A stretch of DNA of 64,000 nt from Eledone cirrhosa (GCA_964016885.1 OZ024749.1:23994001-24058000); one strand, 5' to 3'. Positions 30,601-46,677 are shown, counted from the first letter of the stretch. The notes: a model not told the origin generated them from the letters alone. Numbers and translations: made by a program.

Positions 30601-31409
30601 TTTTACTGAGGACCTGTTTGGTTTTTATAGAGAATATTAGGAGGGAGGGGTGAAGTTGTTAGAAGAATAGTTGAGGGACTGGTTTTTTGATAGCAGTGAT
30701 AATTTTTGGTGGCAGTGAGTGATTAGTTTCCCATCTGTTGTTTTGACATTTTTCTAGAATATATTATTGGTTATTTTTCTACATCTATAGAAGGATTAGA
30801 GATAGTATAGATATGCTTGGTTGGTTTTGTGTTTGCACTTAATTAACATATATATATAAATAAATATATATATATATATATATATACACATAGACTGGAG
30901 TATGTATGTATATATGTGTGTGTCTATACGTGTGTATATAAAGATAGGTTGAGTATGAAAATGTATACACATGAACGCGTATGTATGTGCATGTATACAT
31001 GTGTGTATACATATATGTATGCATGTGTATATGTATGTAAGTATGAGCATGTAAGTATGTGAATGTGAGTATATGTATTTTGTAGAGGTGTCCATATATG
31101 TTTGTGTGTGAATGCGTGGGCGAAAGGATACGTACACTTGAAAGAAAAATTTAAGTCTGAATGTTAATTAAGTGCAAACACAAAACCAACCAAGCATATC
31201 TATACTATCTCTAATCCTTCCATAGATTTAGAAAAATAACCAATAATATATTCTATAAAAATGTCAAAACAACAGATGGGAAACTAATCACTCACTGCCA
31301 CCAAAAATGCTCACTGCTATCAAAAAACCACTCCCTCAACTATTCTTCTAACAACTTCACCCCTCCCTCCTAATATTCTCTATACAAACCAAACAGGTCC
31401 TCAGTAAAA

Positions 31410-31530
31410 TTATTCCGATGAAATGACAGTAAATAATAACATTGAAATATTGAATGTCTGCATAACTAATACTTTGTAGATAGCAGCTGTTTTCAGGTTA
31501 TGTAACTGTTATAGAAACACGTGTCAATAA
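31410..31530 (+). ncRNA. Hammerhead, CCGATGA core, long stem II (right arm)
   Basis: ttatt-CCGATGA-a-atgacagt[~75 nt]actgttat-a-GAAA-cacgtg-TC-aataa. Confidence 0.7.
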
Positions 31531-31653
31531 ATTCCTTTCAACTAAACTGTATCCATTCAAATCTTTCTATATATATATATATATATACATGTATGTATAC
31601 ATATATATATATACATATGTATATATATATATGTATATATATGTATATATGTA

Positions 31654-31684
<31 letters not shown>

Positions 31685-32600
31685 ATATGTATCTGTATAT
31701 ATGTATATATATATTTATACATATGTATATATATATATATAAACATAAATATATATATATATACATATATATATACATGTATATATAAACTGTCACATGT
31801 ATATATACAGATATATTTATACATATATATATATATATATGTATAAATATATCTGTATATATACATGTGACAGTTTTACTAACGGTCTGTGTAGTTACTA
31901 ACGGTCTGTGTACACTCGAATCGGTCAATGGCACGTGCAGACATGAATATCTCCGTAGGATTTCAACTTTATTTTAATACATCTCATCGTATGTATTTGT
32001 TTTGAATATATTACCTGTGGTGGTGGGTCTGGTCTAATGTGGTATTTCGGTGTTTAATATCGTATTTAATATCGTATTTAATATCGGCTTTGACCCGGGT
32101 GTCCTACGCTGTGTGTGTGTGCGTGTGTGTCCGTGTATACATTTATATGTGTATGGGTGTAGGTGGTTATATGTGTCTGTGTATATATAAAAAAAAATAT
32201 ATATATATATATGTATACCGTCTCTGCATATGCATGTGGTGTGTATACGTGCATATACGTGCTGAACATATTGATGTGTACAATCTTGTGATGTCCCAAT
32301 GCGGTGACTTAATGGCTCTTGAAGCTATTTTTTTTTTTTTTTTTTTTATATATCTTCTGTCTTTTTATATATATTTTGTATGCGCTACAACTGTGTCTGC
32401 TTGCTTTAACCTCACCTCGCTTGCTAATGCATGTGAATTCTTCTACCTCCTTCGATGCACCTCTCTCTGACCATTTGACTCCTGCCCGTGTGTGAACCGG
32501 TTTCTGATTACCCCACCGCTCAACTGTGTGAATGCACACCCATGACTTTCGAGTGAACTTTCGAGACTGCCCAACCTGGGACGCCTCCATTGCCCTGCAA

Positions 32601-32760
32601 TGGTCAAGTGATACTGGTGACTGTGACACTTAGTGCCTTCGTGGGCCCCTGATGTTTTCAAGAAATATATTTTAAAAAATTGGTCAAGTGATACACATAA
32701 CTGTGACATTTAGTGCCTTCGTGGGCCCCTGATATATTCAAGAGATATATTCTAAAAAAA
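32601..32760. repeat. 80-bp tandem duplication
   Basis: tggtcaagtgatac...gtgccttcgtgggcccctgat... at 32601 and 32681. Confidence 0.85.
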
Positions 32761-32849
32761 TATATATCTTATCTTAATTTACTTTATTTCATTTTATTTT
32801 ATTTCATTTCATGTTATCTAATTTTATTTATTTACTTACTTGACTCCAT

Positions 32850-32901
<52 letters not shown>

Positions 32902-32965
32902 ATTTTAATTTTAAAATTTTAAAATTTTAAAATTTAAATTTTAATTTTATTTATTTATTTAATTT

Positions 32966-33001
<36 letters not shown>

Positions 33002-33581
33002 TTACATTTAATTACATTTAATTATACATTTAATTATATCTTATATTATATTATTTTAATTTAGTCTATGTTATTTGATTTTAGTTTACCTTATTTTATC
33101 TTATTTTACGATTATACTATATTATGTTCTATGTATATAATTTTTAATTTTTAATTTTATATTATTTCATCTCATTCCTTACCCTATATTTTATTTTTTA
33201 TATGTAAGTTTGTTATGTATTTCTTTGTATTTCTTTTTATATATATTATAAGTCTGTTTTTCACCTGTTTTTCACCTATTTTTTACCTATTTTTTACCTA
33301 CTCTTACCTAATCCCATTATCTTATCTACTCTTGTCTGTTCTCTTATCCATGTGTCTACTCTTGTCTGTTCTCTTATCCATGTGTATGCTTGTATGTAAC
33401 TATATGTTGACAGCACCCCGCCCAACTGTGACTGATAGCACCCCTTATTTTTATTTTTATTTTTATTTTTATTTTTACTTTTATTTTTATTTTTATTCTT
33501 ATCCTCTATCGTCTATTATTACCTTTCATTCTTCAATGTCTTGGATTTGTTATTGCTTGTATGGTATGTAATTAACCTTTA

Positions 33582-33627
33582 TGCTCTGATGAGTCCCACT
33601 TATAGTGCGGATGAAACAATATTAGCA
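33582..33627 (+). ncRNA. Hammerhead motif with partly degenerate stem III
   Basis: tgct-CTGATGA-gtcc[cacttatagtgc]ggat-GAAA-caata-TT-agca, about 140 bp before a (TA)n tract. Confidence 0.6.
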
Positions 33628-33768
33628 AGTAAAGATATGCATATGCTATAAGCGTTCTTTGTTATTTATTTATTATATTACGGCTCTGTCCTCAGACATT
33701 GAGCTAACATCATACTGCCTGCTGGATAAGTGGAGTGTTATACACCCCTGATCCTTTCCCTAGCATAC

Positions 33769-33810
<42 letters not shown>

Positions 33811-33861
33811 AACATATATATATATACATATATATATATTTATATATATATATATAAAAAC

Positions 33862-33896
<35 letters not shown>

Positions 33897-33910
33897 CATA
33901 TATATACATT

Positions 33911-33944
<34 letters not shown>

Positions 33945-34069
33945 CATATATATACATTTATATACATATAAATATATATATATATATACATATATATATT
34001 TACATATATATATACATATATATGTACATATATATATACATATATATATATATATACACACATATATAC

Positions 34070-35426
<1,357 letters not shown>

Positions 35427-35458
35427 ATATATATATATATATATACATATATATATAC

Positions 35459-35493
<35 letters not shown>

Positions 35494-35606
35494 CATATAT
35501 ATCTACATATATATATATACATATATACATATATATATATACATATATATATATACATATACATATATATATATATATATATACATATATATACATATAT
35601 ATATAC

Positions 35607-35639
<33 letters not shown>

Positions 35640-35694
35640 CATAAATATATACATATATATATACATATATATATATACATATATATATACATAC

Positions 35695-35728
<34 letters not shown>

Positions 35729-36022
35729 ATACATATATATATATACATATATATATACATATATATATACATATATATATATATATACATACATATATAT
35801 ACATATACACATATATATACATGCATATTTATCAATATATATGTATCTATAGATATATAGATACATATATATATATAAATGCATATATATATATATATGT
35901 ATATATAGATATATAGATACATATATATATAAATGCATATATATATATATATGTATATATAGATATATAGATACCTATATATATATATATATATAAATGC
36001 ATATATATATATAGATATATAG

Positions 36023-36060
<38 letters not shown>

Positions 36061-36737
36061 GCATATATATATAAATGCATATATATATACAATGCATATA
36101 TATATATGTGTGTGTGCGTGTGTTAGTGTGTCACTTTGTGTTTGTGTTTCTGAGTCTGCATATATATTCTGTCCTTTCTATCCATATTTATAAATTTATA
36201 TTACATTATCCCAATATAAAAAGGTAGTTATATGGAATATGAACGCATCAATTTACAGAATTCCGAGAGCGATTTTCACAAATTATTATTGTTTTCAATC
36301 GAGATTATAAATTACACGACGGTAATAACGTAGATATATTATTTAAATTCAATATTTCAACATTTTCATTCTGTTTTCTTTCCGAAATCTTTTCTTTTTC
36401 TCACTCAATCTTCTGGGTTTTTAAAGGGATTTCGATGGAGAAATTAAATGAAATATTATTACGAAACCTATTCCATGTTGCGGGCGTTTTACACAATTTA
36501 AAAGCAATTTAGCCATCAATCATTTCCAAAGTTACTTCCTATTTATCTGAATGCATTTTTATACATACACACGCTCACATATGTATATAGGCATCCATGT
36601 ACGTGTATGTATGTGTGTGTGTTTATGAAAGTGTTTTGCGTGTGTACAAACTGGCATAAAATTATGATTTATGATCATATAAATCTCTCTCTTCATCTCT
36701 ACCTCGCTCTCATTTTCTTATATACAAATTTACTCGG

Positions 36738-36769
<32 letters not shown>

Positions 36770-36797
36770 AGATTATGTATTGTTAAGAATATATACT

Positions 36798-36858
<61 letters not shown>

Positions 36859-36998
36859 TGTATATATATATATATGTTATATATAGATATATACATATAT
36901 CTATATATAATGTGTGTATATATATATATACATATATCTAAATATCTATATATAATGTATATATATACAGATATCTATATATCTATATATAATGTGTG

Positions 36999-37061
<63 letters not shown>

Positions 37062-37247
37062 CAGTAGTTTCTAGAATCCACCACACAGACAAATGGGGTT
37101 ATAATTATTCATCTACCAATAAATACGCCAGAAGTGAATCTGAAAATAAACAAACTCAACACAAATAACTAGGAACATAATAGTAGCGACTATCACGATG
37201 CAATCACGCAGCACACACGCACACACACACACACACACGCGCACACA

Positions 37248-37315
<68 letters not shown>

Positions 37316-37346
37316 CGTATATATATATATATATATATATGTGTGC

Positions 37347-37463
<117 letters not shown>

Positions 37464-37864
37464 TATATATATGTATATATATATGTGTATATGTATATAT
37501 GTATATATATATATTCATATATAAATGTATGCATGTGTGTATATGTGTATATAGCCATATATATAAATGTATTTATATGTGTATATTTATATATATATAG
37601 GCTTTATATAAATGTATGTATATGTGTATATGTATATATATATAGGCATATATATAAATGTATGTATATGTGTATATGTATATATATATAGGCATATATA
37701 TAAATGTATGTATATGTGTATATGTATATATATATATAGGCATATATTTAAATGTATGTATATGTGTATATGTATATATATTTATCTGCATATATATATG
37801 CATATATATATATATGCATATATATATATGCATAAATATATGTATGTATAATTGTATATATGTG

Positions 37865-37968
<104 letters not shown>

Positions 37969-38464
37969 GATATAGATATATATATAACTGAAACTTTAAT
38001 ACTTTCTTAAGACATTTATTGAGAAAAATATATAAAATATATGAAAAGAAAAACACATATTTATCAGTTTATAAAATACAGTTGCCACATTAATATATAT
38101 ATATATATATATACACAATGTGGGGTGGGTGTATAACTATATAAACATTAATATAATTATTTATATATATATTCATACCAAAACACACACAACACACACA
38201 CACGCTCAGGCAAATATAGGTTTACAGGGATATGGAAATACATTTATATTTCGATATATAACAGGCTGTATATAACCCCCACTGGATCTTTCAATGGAAA
38301 TTTATCGATTTATAACATGTTCCCATATAGGAAAAATTATATATCTCCCTAGATGCATGATATGTACCTGTAGAAACAGGAATGATGTGATTCGCACCAT
38401 AGAGGCGAAAATCACACTAAAGAATATTCTTGCATATGTAAGACTATATTTATATATATATATA

Positions 38465-39530
38465 ACAGGAATTGTGGTAAGGAACCAGATGGACCATAAC
38501 GCACCAGAGTACTCAATACTTAGGGTAGTAGAGTGGGAAATAGGAAAAAGTATGACCCCGACGGTAGGGCTCAAACCGTTTCGACGGTTATTTCTGGACT
38601 AAATTAGAATTTTTCGCCAGGTGAATAAATAGCCGAACTTATCAAGGGGGTACTTCCTTATATGGAAAGATTGTAGTTGTCAAGAGGATTGGTTAAACTT
38701 TGTTGTAAACACAAATAAGTCTATCATTGTATTTGGTGGGAGGTAGGGGTGGCTGAACTTGCCTGTAGAACAATAGGGGAGTGACAGGAGCGGTCAAGCG
38801 TTGAAGGTGATAAGTATACAGCAGATTCTAAGGATAGAGTATGAAGTGGCGGAGGGAGGTTATAGAATAGGTAAAGCGAATGAGAGTAGGAGACAATAAA
38901 AGATAATAGATAGAAATAAAAAATATATAAAGTTAGATAGTGAGAAATGAATAAAAAATATCACAATGCTATCTTACAATTACAGGTTAATAAGTTGAGA
39001 ATAGAAAATACTTGTAGAAATTGAGTAGTACCAGAACTGAAACATAATTAAAGGGGTTTAACACGTCTGCTATAAGTAGTTAGTAAAACGTATTCGGCCA
39101 ATTCTATCTCAAGATTACAGGGGTGGGGGAACTGATGCTACAGAGGCCCGATGGGCTGCATCGGGGTAGGCGAAGAGGAATAGCAGACAAGAAAGAAAAT
39201 AGGGGGTGGAAGGAAGTGATAGGATGAGACAGGGGAAGAAGAAGACAAAGAGGAAAAGAAAAGAATAGAGATACATCTACCTAAGTAATCTGGGGATTCC
39301 CCTAACTTATTCGGAAAGTAGGAGGGGTATCAGCCCTTGTCTACCCACCCGGGTCGTTATGGGGTTTGAGGGCGAGGTAAGTCCTATTCAATATGTGTTT
39401 GCATGCGGTTACCAGTTCCTCTTTCTTGTTTAGGAGTTGGTCCTTCGAAAACAACATTTGTAATGTTTCCTCCGAGCATAAGTTACACGGACGGCGTCCT
39501 CCCGCTTTGGACAGTAAGCTCCAAGTGAGT
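38465..39530 (-). mobile_element. 5'-truncated Penelope-like element (end of ORF, 3' UTR, hammerhead terminus)
   Basis: 39529-39341 translates LTWSLLSK...CNLCSEET...LLNKKEELVTACKH, the same C-terminal motif as the PLE at 62162. Confidence 0.8.
38556..38649 (-). ncRNA. Type I hammerhead, U3-A8 core, extended stem II
   Basis: Minus strand: cccc-TTGATAA-gttcggctatt...aataaccgtc-GAAA-cggt[ttgagccct]accg-TC-gggg. Confidence 0.8.
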
Positions 39531-39544
39531 TACGACATTTGCCA

Positions 39545-39660
39545 TTCTGAGTTCAAATCCCGCTGATATTAACTTTGCCTTTCATCCTTACGGGGTCGAT
39601 AAAATAAAGTACCAGTAATACACTGGGCTAATTGCTCGCCATGTGCCAAAAGTAGAAACA
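39545..39660 (+). mobile_element. 5'-truncated SINE-A
   Basis: B-box gagttcaaatcc, family body and gtagaaaca tail. Confidence 0.85.
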
Positions 39661-39855
39661 ATTATTATTATTTCTGTCAATATTATTACAACAATATGAC
39701 CCTTCCCAACAATATATATATGTATTATATATATATAATTTCTTTAATATCTCACACATACGTACGTGCTTATTTCTCTACTCCCAGCCACTATCGCCCT
39801 TACCTCGCCCGTTGTCATTCGGGCTTGCATACATTCACCCCTAGGTGAATGTATT

Positions 39856-39886
<31 letters not shown>

Positions 39887-39887
39887 G

Positions 39888-39928
<41 letters not shown>

Positions 39929-40055
39929 GTATATATATAAATGTATAACATATATGTTCAGCTCTGGTTTTTTAACTATGGAACGCTTGCCACCATAACT
40001 CTGATTTTGCGTTTCATTTCGCTTTTTCTACCCACCGAAATACGATTCTCGCTGA

Positions 40056-40193
<138 letters not shown>

Positions 40194-40203
40194 CGAAGGA
40201 GAT

Positions 40204-40380
40204 GTGGTAAGGAACCAGGTGGACCATAACGCACCAAATTACTCAATACTTAGGGTAGTAGAGTGGGTAATAGGAACAAGTAAGACCCCGACGGCTGAGC
40301 TCAAGCCGTTTCGACGGCTAATTCTGTACAGAATTAGCCGTCGAAACGGCTTGAGCTCAGCCGTCGGGGTCCTACTTGTT

Positions 40381-40385
<5 letters not shown>
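40204..40385. mobile_element. Terminal fragment of the 38465 PLE family with a loopless 58-bp fold-back
   Basis: Arms 40270-40327 and 40328-40385 are centred on tgt|aca; (TA)n on both sides. Confidence 0.9.
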
Positions 40386-40424
<39 letters not shown>

Positions 40425-40478
40425 TATATATGTATAAATATATATATATATGAATATATATATATATGAATATATACC

Positions 40479-40526
<48 letters not shown>

Positions 40527-40553
40527 TATATATCTATATATATATATATATAT

Positions 40554-40620
40554 ATATGAAATATAAGAATCAAAGAGCTGTTCAAAACATTAACAGTTCT
40601 TTGATTCTAATATTTCATAT
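40554..40620. repeat. Mini fold-back of the terminus that follows the 50474 hammerhead
   Basis: atatgaaatataagaatcaaagagctgttcaaaacatt is the reverse complement of 50524-50560 and is followed by its own inverted copy. Confidence 0.8.
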
Positions 40621-40787
40621 AACTGCTCTGTAAATCATCTGATGTTTTTACATTGAGCTACTTAACTTACTGGTAATAAGGTAGTAATACATTACTGCCT
40701 ACCACTATTTAGGGTGTGTATAAAAAATACTTATAACTGCATAAGGTTTTGTATTTACATAACCATAAATAGTATAACTAATACTAA

Positions 40788-40855
<68 letters not shown>

Positions 40856-41368
40856 ATATATCTATATATATATGTATATATATATGTATATATATGTATA
40901 TATATATATGTATATATATACATACATATATATAAATGTATATATATATATGTGTGTATATATATCTATATGTATATATGTATATGTATATATGTATATA
41001 TGTATATGTATATATATATGTATATGTATATATGTATATGTATATGTATACGTATATATATATATATTTATATATGCATATATATATATATATATACTAA
41101 TAATAATAATAATAATGATTTCATTTATTGGCCACAAGGGCCGACATATAGGGGACAACACAATAGACAGGGACAGTGGGGGTTTACATAGAGATCGAGT
41201 AAGTATAAATAACAAAAAACAAAATAACAATAAAAATACAACAATGAAAGTTCCCCAATAAGAGGGATCACCACCCAGGGTTGACTCAAGCACCCCACCA
41301 GTCCTGAGCCACCCGACGCTCCTAGGGCACCCGGGAAGGGCACCCCTCTCCTTCTCGAATTCACCAGC

Positions 41369-44300
41369 CTACAGGCGCATGATCAGAGTAGGCCCACTCA
41401 CGCGGGCCATTCTCGCCACATTCACCCACCTTTCAGTAAATGTACTGGGGGGCAGCACTTCTCTCTCCACCCTCACCTTCCTTTCCAAGTGAAACTTGAA
41501 GAAGTTGATGAGGGATTGGCCGAAGAGAAAAGTGTCTGTCTTCAGTCCTTTCAACCTGGTCCACCATGCAACCTCTTTCGCTACTGCCACCAGGCAGAGG
41601 AAAATTGCCTGCCCTTCCTGACCAAAAGAAGGCGGCGGGTCAATCTTCACTATGGACTCGGACGATAGCCGGATCCGTTCTACACGCGACAATAGCTGTT
41701 CGACATAACCCCACAAGTCAGCAATGCACGGACACTGGACGAGTGCGTGCAGAACGGTTTCGTCGCTCTGCGCGCATCTCGGGCAGGTTCGTCTGACAGC
41801 ACTTCCGTGCCTGTAGAGTTTATCCCGAACCGGCAGCGCCCCCCGGTAGCACTGCCAAGCGAGGGATTTCTGGAAGTTATCCATCGTCCCCGGCTCGAAA
41901 GTCCTCCGGAACATACTGGTCAGTTCTACTTCGTTGACGCCCAGAGCCTCTCCTAGTACGTCATCGCACTTGCCCTCCACTAATCCTCTATAGAAATCTT
42001 GAGTGGAAGTTCCACTGACCGCATTGCCCACCTTGCAGAATGCAGTGAGCGCCTGGCAACATTCCAGATGCCAGTCGCCCAGTCTCGGTCTCTTCTTGAC
42101 CCAGGACTGCAGCTCAGTCAAAGAGATGAGCTGCGGAAAGGCCCGTCTAACAAACGGCGACCACACCTGTTAACCGTTTAGGCAAAATATCTGGAGATGT
42201 CGCAGCCTCAGCGCATGTCTGCGCATCATTAGCCACGGCATGCCCAGCCCTCCACGAAGAGGGTGCTGGCAGCAGATGGACCGCCTCACCAACGGGACCC
42301 GTCCCCTCCACAAAAATTTGAAAAGGAGCCGTTCCAAATTGGCGAGGCGTGGACGGGGGCAAGGCACGACGGTCAGGCGGTAGTAGATGACGGACGCGAT
42401 GTACGCGTTCGCCACCTCCGCCCGCCCTTTCAGTGATAGCTTTCTCTCAGCCCATTTCTGGGTGAGGTTGGCTATCCTGCTCGTCACCTCGTCCCAATTC
42501 TTATCCACCTGGAGGTCTGGTCCGAACCAAACCCCGAGCAACTTTACCGGTCCGTCTGTCCAGCGCCCAACGACGCTGTTGGACGGCATGGACTTGCCTC
42601 TCCAGGTGCCGAGCTGCAAGCCCACCGACTTTTCCGGGTTAAGTTTTGCTCCCGTCAACCTTTCATATTCCTCCAAATGGGTGCGGATCACCTCGATTTC
42701 CGAGGTGTCCGACACCATCACGGTGATGTCGTCCGCATAAGCGGACGCAGCCTTTCTACGTCCCGGTTCGAGCGGGATGCCCTGCAACAACTCCAGCTTC
42801 CGCAGTAGAGGCTCAAGAGTCAATACGTACAGAAGTGAGGAGAGAGGGCACCCTTGACGGACCGATCGAGAGATCTGAAACGGTTCCGAGAGGTGGCCAT
42901 TAACTTTGACCACCGAGCAGATGCCGCTGTACATTGCAGCGATCCAGCTTCTGAAGACGGGGCCGAAGCCAGCCGCCTCGAGGACAGCCTCCAAGTACCG
43001 ATGGTCGACCCTATCGAATGCTTTCGATTGATCTAAATTGATCAGAGCCCCACCGAAGCCAGGTTTGCACCCAACCCTCTCTATGATGTATCGCATGAGG
43101 TGGAGGTTGTCGTGTATGGACCTGGTCGGGACTGCGCAAGTTTGCGCCTCCCCAACCAAATCTTTGACGACAAGCGCCAATCTTTTCGCTAACACCTTGG
43201 CCAAAATCTTAAACTCTGTGTTGAGCAGGGTTATGGGCCTGAAATTATCTAGTGTGTCCCTCTTGTTCTCGTCTTTCCTTATCAGCGTCACTACGCCACG
43301 GCTCACAGAACTGGGAATGCTCCCGTTCTGCTGCCAGTTGCAGTAGAGCGCTTCGAGGAGATCGGAGAACAAGTCTGGCATATTTACGTAAAGCTCGTAG
43401 GGCAGACCATCCAAACCGGGTGACTTGCGACTCGAGCAGCCGACAAGGGCGTCCTGAATTTCGACTGATGTTATCGGCTCTTCGCAGCGCTCAGCGTCGG
43501 CCGTCGAGAGGCGTGGCAAGCCGTCGAGGTAGGGACTGAAGTCCGCCGCCGTCTCCGACTCACCCATCCTCCCGAACAATCGAGCAAAGTGCTGGCGAAA
43601 GGCCTCACACATCTGCTTGGAATCGCTCAGTTCGTGTCCATCTCGATCCGTCAAAGACCGAATTGTGGTTTTATTTCCACGCTGCGTCTCTGCAAAGCGA
43701 GCCCATCGGGCAGCTTTGGTTCCCTCGTTCCTCAGAGCACGCGCCTTAGCTCTGACAATGCAACCTTCGTGTTTCGCATTGAAGAAATGGTCTAGTGCCA
43801 TTCTCGCCGCTAGCACGTCTGTTGCAATGCCACTACAAATAGCCTCGTCTAACTTAGCTATCAGCCCCTCCTCCTTTCTATTTTTCTCTATTGCTACTTC
43901 TTTGCTAAATCCTATCGAGGTTGCTCTAATCTCTCTTTTGAGTGCCCCCCACCACCTGTTGTTGACAACCCCCCCTGTCAACTTTTGCTTAACTAAGTTG
44001 TTGACCCGGTCCCTGTAAGCTTTACGTGCCGGAAACGACATGTTTAGCTTCCAGTAGCTAGGTCCTAACCTACGTGTCTTATCTAGGTCGAGCATACAGA
44101 TCACAAGCTTGTGATCTGAATAGGCAACCGTTTTAAAATGTGGACATCCTACACTATTTCTATCTCTTTTCCTAATGAAAATCCTATCTATGTACGATCT
44201 AGATGACCCTATGCGATTGGTCCAGGTCCATACTGGCGCATTAGGGAAATCTAGTCGGTACCTGTCAGACAGTTGAAACTGGCTGATCAGGTACTTGAGG

Positions 44301-44788
44301 CTTTTGCACCCCCCGCTCCTATCAGATACTCCCACACAATCCCAGCGTGCTTCTAAGATGCCATTCCAATCCCCTATTAACAGTAAAGGGCGAGACGTAA
44401 GCAGAAAGTTTTCCAGGCGCCTAAAGAAGTCCGGCCGACCGGCCCCAGTAGGGGCGTAGACGGCCACCAGTCTAAAGGCACCACCTTCGCTATTGCTCAC
44501 GTCCAGGACCACCAACTTTCCGTCAGGATCCCGGAAGATTGACCTTACCTCGAGATCCAGACATTTCCTAAACAGCACAGCCACTCCACCTCCCATTCCC
44601 GGCCGACTAACAGATGCAAAGATCTGATAATCGTCGAAAATCGGCGCCGGTGCGCGTGTGTCGGAAATTCTGGTCTCGCTGATGGCAATTACATCCATTC
44701 CTAGTGACCTGAGGTCGTTGAGCAAGTGACCTTGCTTCCAGGGCGACCCCAGGCCACGAACATTTAAACTTCCTACTCTTATGGCCAT
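41369..44788 (-). pseudogene. LINE ORF2: APE endonuclease, reverse transcriptase and C-terminal zinc finger, with one in-frame TAA at 42170-42172
   Basis: Endonuclease motifs SLNVRGL, ISET, VYAP, GDWN, IDRIF, SDH; RT motifs SPGLDGL, FRPITLLN, DQSKAFDRV, RQGCPLS, YADD; CPRC...ETVLHALVQC in the same frame after the stop. Confidence 0.92.
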
Positions 44789-44817
44789 GCTGGCAGGATG
44801 AATGGGAGAGGAAAGGT

Positions 44818-46677
44818 TTACTTACCTTCCGGGGTCTTGTGAAGGTCGGGTGGTTCGACCTCCATGGTTTGTGGGGTTTCTTTTGGGAACCCCTTTAATA
44901 GTCTTGACGTGGGTTTTACGTTCGGGGTTCCCACATCCCGAGGAAAGCTCTTTCGAATTTCTTTGTATGAAGCGAGCGACATTCGCATCAGAAGCAAATT
45001 ATCTGGTACGCGAAATGTGCTCGCTTCAAATGTTTCCCCGTCTTTTTCGATGTTTGTGCTTCGTGCTACATGGGCCATCCATTCCTTGTTGGCCCTTCTG
45101 GCAAGCACGAAGTTTTTAATGTTTTGTTGCTCGGGTTTTATTTGTTCGTGTGATTGTGGTGGTGATAGCTTTGTTAGTGTTGTTTCTATTGTGTCTGCGT
45201 TTGTTGTGGGTGGGGTGTCTGTAGTTTCTGATGTTTGTGTGTCTATTTGTTCTTGTGTCTGTTTAGCTTGTTTGCGTTTGGGGGATTTTGGTGGTTGTGT
45301 TGGTGATGCTGTGGGGAAAATGTTTGTGTGGGTGGTTTGTGTATTTTTTTTTGTGGGGGTGTTTGTGCTTTGTGGATTTCTTTTTTTTTTGTGTTTTGTT
45401 TTTTGTATTTTGGGGGACTTTGGTTTTCCCTCATCTTCACTGCTGGAGGATGAGGGGTCTGTGGCTGTGAGCGTGTTTGTGTCTGAGTGAGTGTTTATGT
45501 TCTTGTTCGTGTGTGTATTTTGGGGGGGAGGGGGAATAGGAGAGCTTTCCTCGTTTCCCCCCTGGGTGTGCAATTTTGGTGGTTCCATTGTTGACGGTGT
45601 TGCTGGTGGTCCTTGTCCCGGCGTCGCCAGCAGTGGAATCTTTCGACCCCTTGCGCTTTTCGGCAGTTGAGGGCAGAAGGCTCGCAAGTGTGTCGTTTCC
45701 CCACAAAGGAAACAATGCGGCCTTTTGCCCTCAGTCATTATATGCAACACCCTCCCGTTTTGGAGGCGGATGTGGTCCGGGATTGCTTTTACGTTTTCGG
45801 GTCTGATTTGGAGCAGTATCTCCAGATCAACCCCGGACCAGTCGTCCCTGGCAGTTCTCGTTGCCTCTACCGGGACTGCATCCGTTCCTTCCACGATTAC
45901 GCAACCCAGGAGCCACCACATATCAAGTCCTGGTGGAATCCTGGGAATGCGCACACGTGCTATTCGTTTTCCCATGTGGGAGGGGTACATTATAACCTTG
46001 CTGGTTTTGCAAGGGGTCATTGAATGCTTCACAGCGAGGGCTTCAGACTTGAACAGCACCGAAACGGTGCCGTATTGCCTGCCCCTCTCTATGAAGTCTG
46101 TGTCCTCTCTGATGTATTTCAGTGCGGCTTCTATATCAGCTTGGGCGATTATCGCTGCCCTCTTTGTCTCTACTGAGATGCATCTGAAATGCACCGTTCT
46201 TTTTTCCACTGCCTCAATGGCTTCTGCCGGGACAGTTAAGTTTGCCCAGGTCTGCTCTTGATTTATGATTTTCCAGGCCTGGGCCAACTTTTCCTCTCTG
46301 TTGGTTAAGTCGATGCTGTAGCATGGTCTCCTTTTAGCCGCTGCCACAGCAGCGAAGGTGTTCTTGTTGGTGTTGTCACTGTTGTTGTTCTTGTTGGTGT
46401 TGCTGCTGCTATTGCTGTTGTTGTTCTCCCCTGTGTCGTGGTTACCCTCTGTGCTGTTGGCCTTGTTGGTGCTGTTGCTGTCGCTACTATTACTCTCTGT
46501 GCTGTTTGTTTTGTTGGTGCTCTCGCTATTACCACCTTCTGCGCTGTTCGGCTTGTTGGTGTTGGTGTTGTCGCTGTTACCACCTTCCGCGCCGCTCGGC
46601 CCGTTGGTGCTGGCACTGTCGCTGCTCACACTCGTGCTGGTGGCGCTCCTCGCCTCACCTCTCCTCTCAACGCTCAA
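44818..46677 (-). CDS. LINE ORF1 nucleic-acid-binding protein with CCHC knuckle (true start uncertain)
   Basis: 619-aa ORF ending 30 nt upstream of ORF2; CFLCGETTHLRAFC fits CX2CX4HX4C; low-complexity N/S/T N-terminus and P/K/T-rich linker. Confidence 0.85.
   Translation of the reverse strand: MSVERRGEARSATSTSVSSDSASTNGPSGAEGGNSDNTNTNKPNSAEGGNSESTNKTNSTESNSSDSNSTNKANSTEGNHDTGENNNSNSSSNTNKNNNSDNTNKNTFAAVAAAKRRPCYSIDLTNREEKLAQAWKIINQEQTWANLTVPAEAIEAVEKRTVHFRCISVETKRAAIIAQADIEAALKYIREDTDFIERGRQYGTVSVLFKSEALAVKHSMTPCKTSKVIMYPSHMGKRIARVRIPRIPPGLDMWWLLGCVIVEGTDAVPVEATRTARDDWSGVDLEILLQIRPENVKAIPDHIRLQNGRVLHIMTEGKRPHCFLCGETTHLRAFCPQLPKSARGRKIPLLATPGQGPPATPSTMEPPKLHTQGGNEESSPIPPPPQNTHTNKNINTHSDTNTLTATDPSSSSSEDEGKPKSPKIQKTKHKKKRNPQSTNTPTKKNTQTTHTNIFPTASPTQPPKSPKRKQAKQTQEQIDTQTSETTDTPPTTNADTIETTLTKLSPPQSHEQIKPEQQNIKNFVLARRANKEWMAHVARSTNIEKDGETFEASTFRVPDNLLLMRMSLASYKEIRKSFPRDVGTPNVKPTSRLLKGFPKETPQTMEVEPPDLHKTPEGK

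Larger units (their letters stand above)
30443..31570. repeat. Inverted repeat with ~407-bp arms (30443-30849 and 31161-31570), each carrying a hammerhead
   Basis: Arms are near-identical reverse complements around a microsatellite-rich spacer. Confidence 0.9.

Noticed and set aside
32309-32709. 106-aa and 88-aa minus-strand ORFs in a GC-richer island
   Set aside because: No recognisable domain; overlaps a local 80-bp duplication and is probably part of a repeat.
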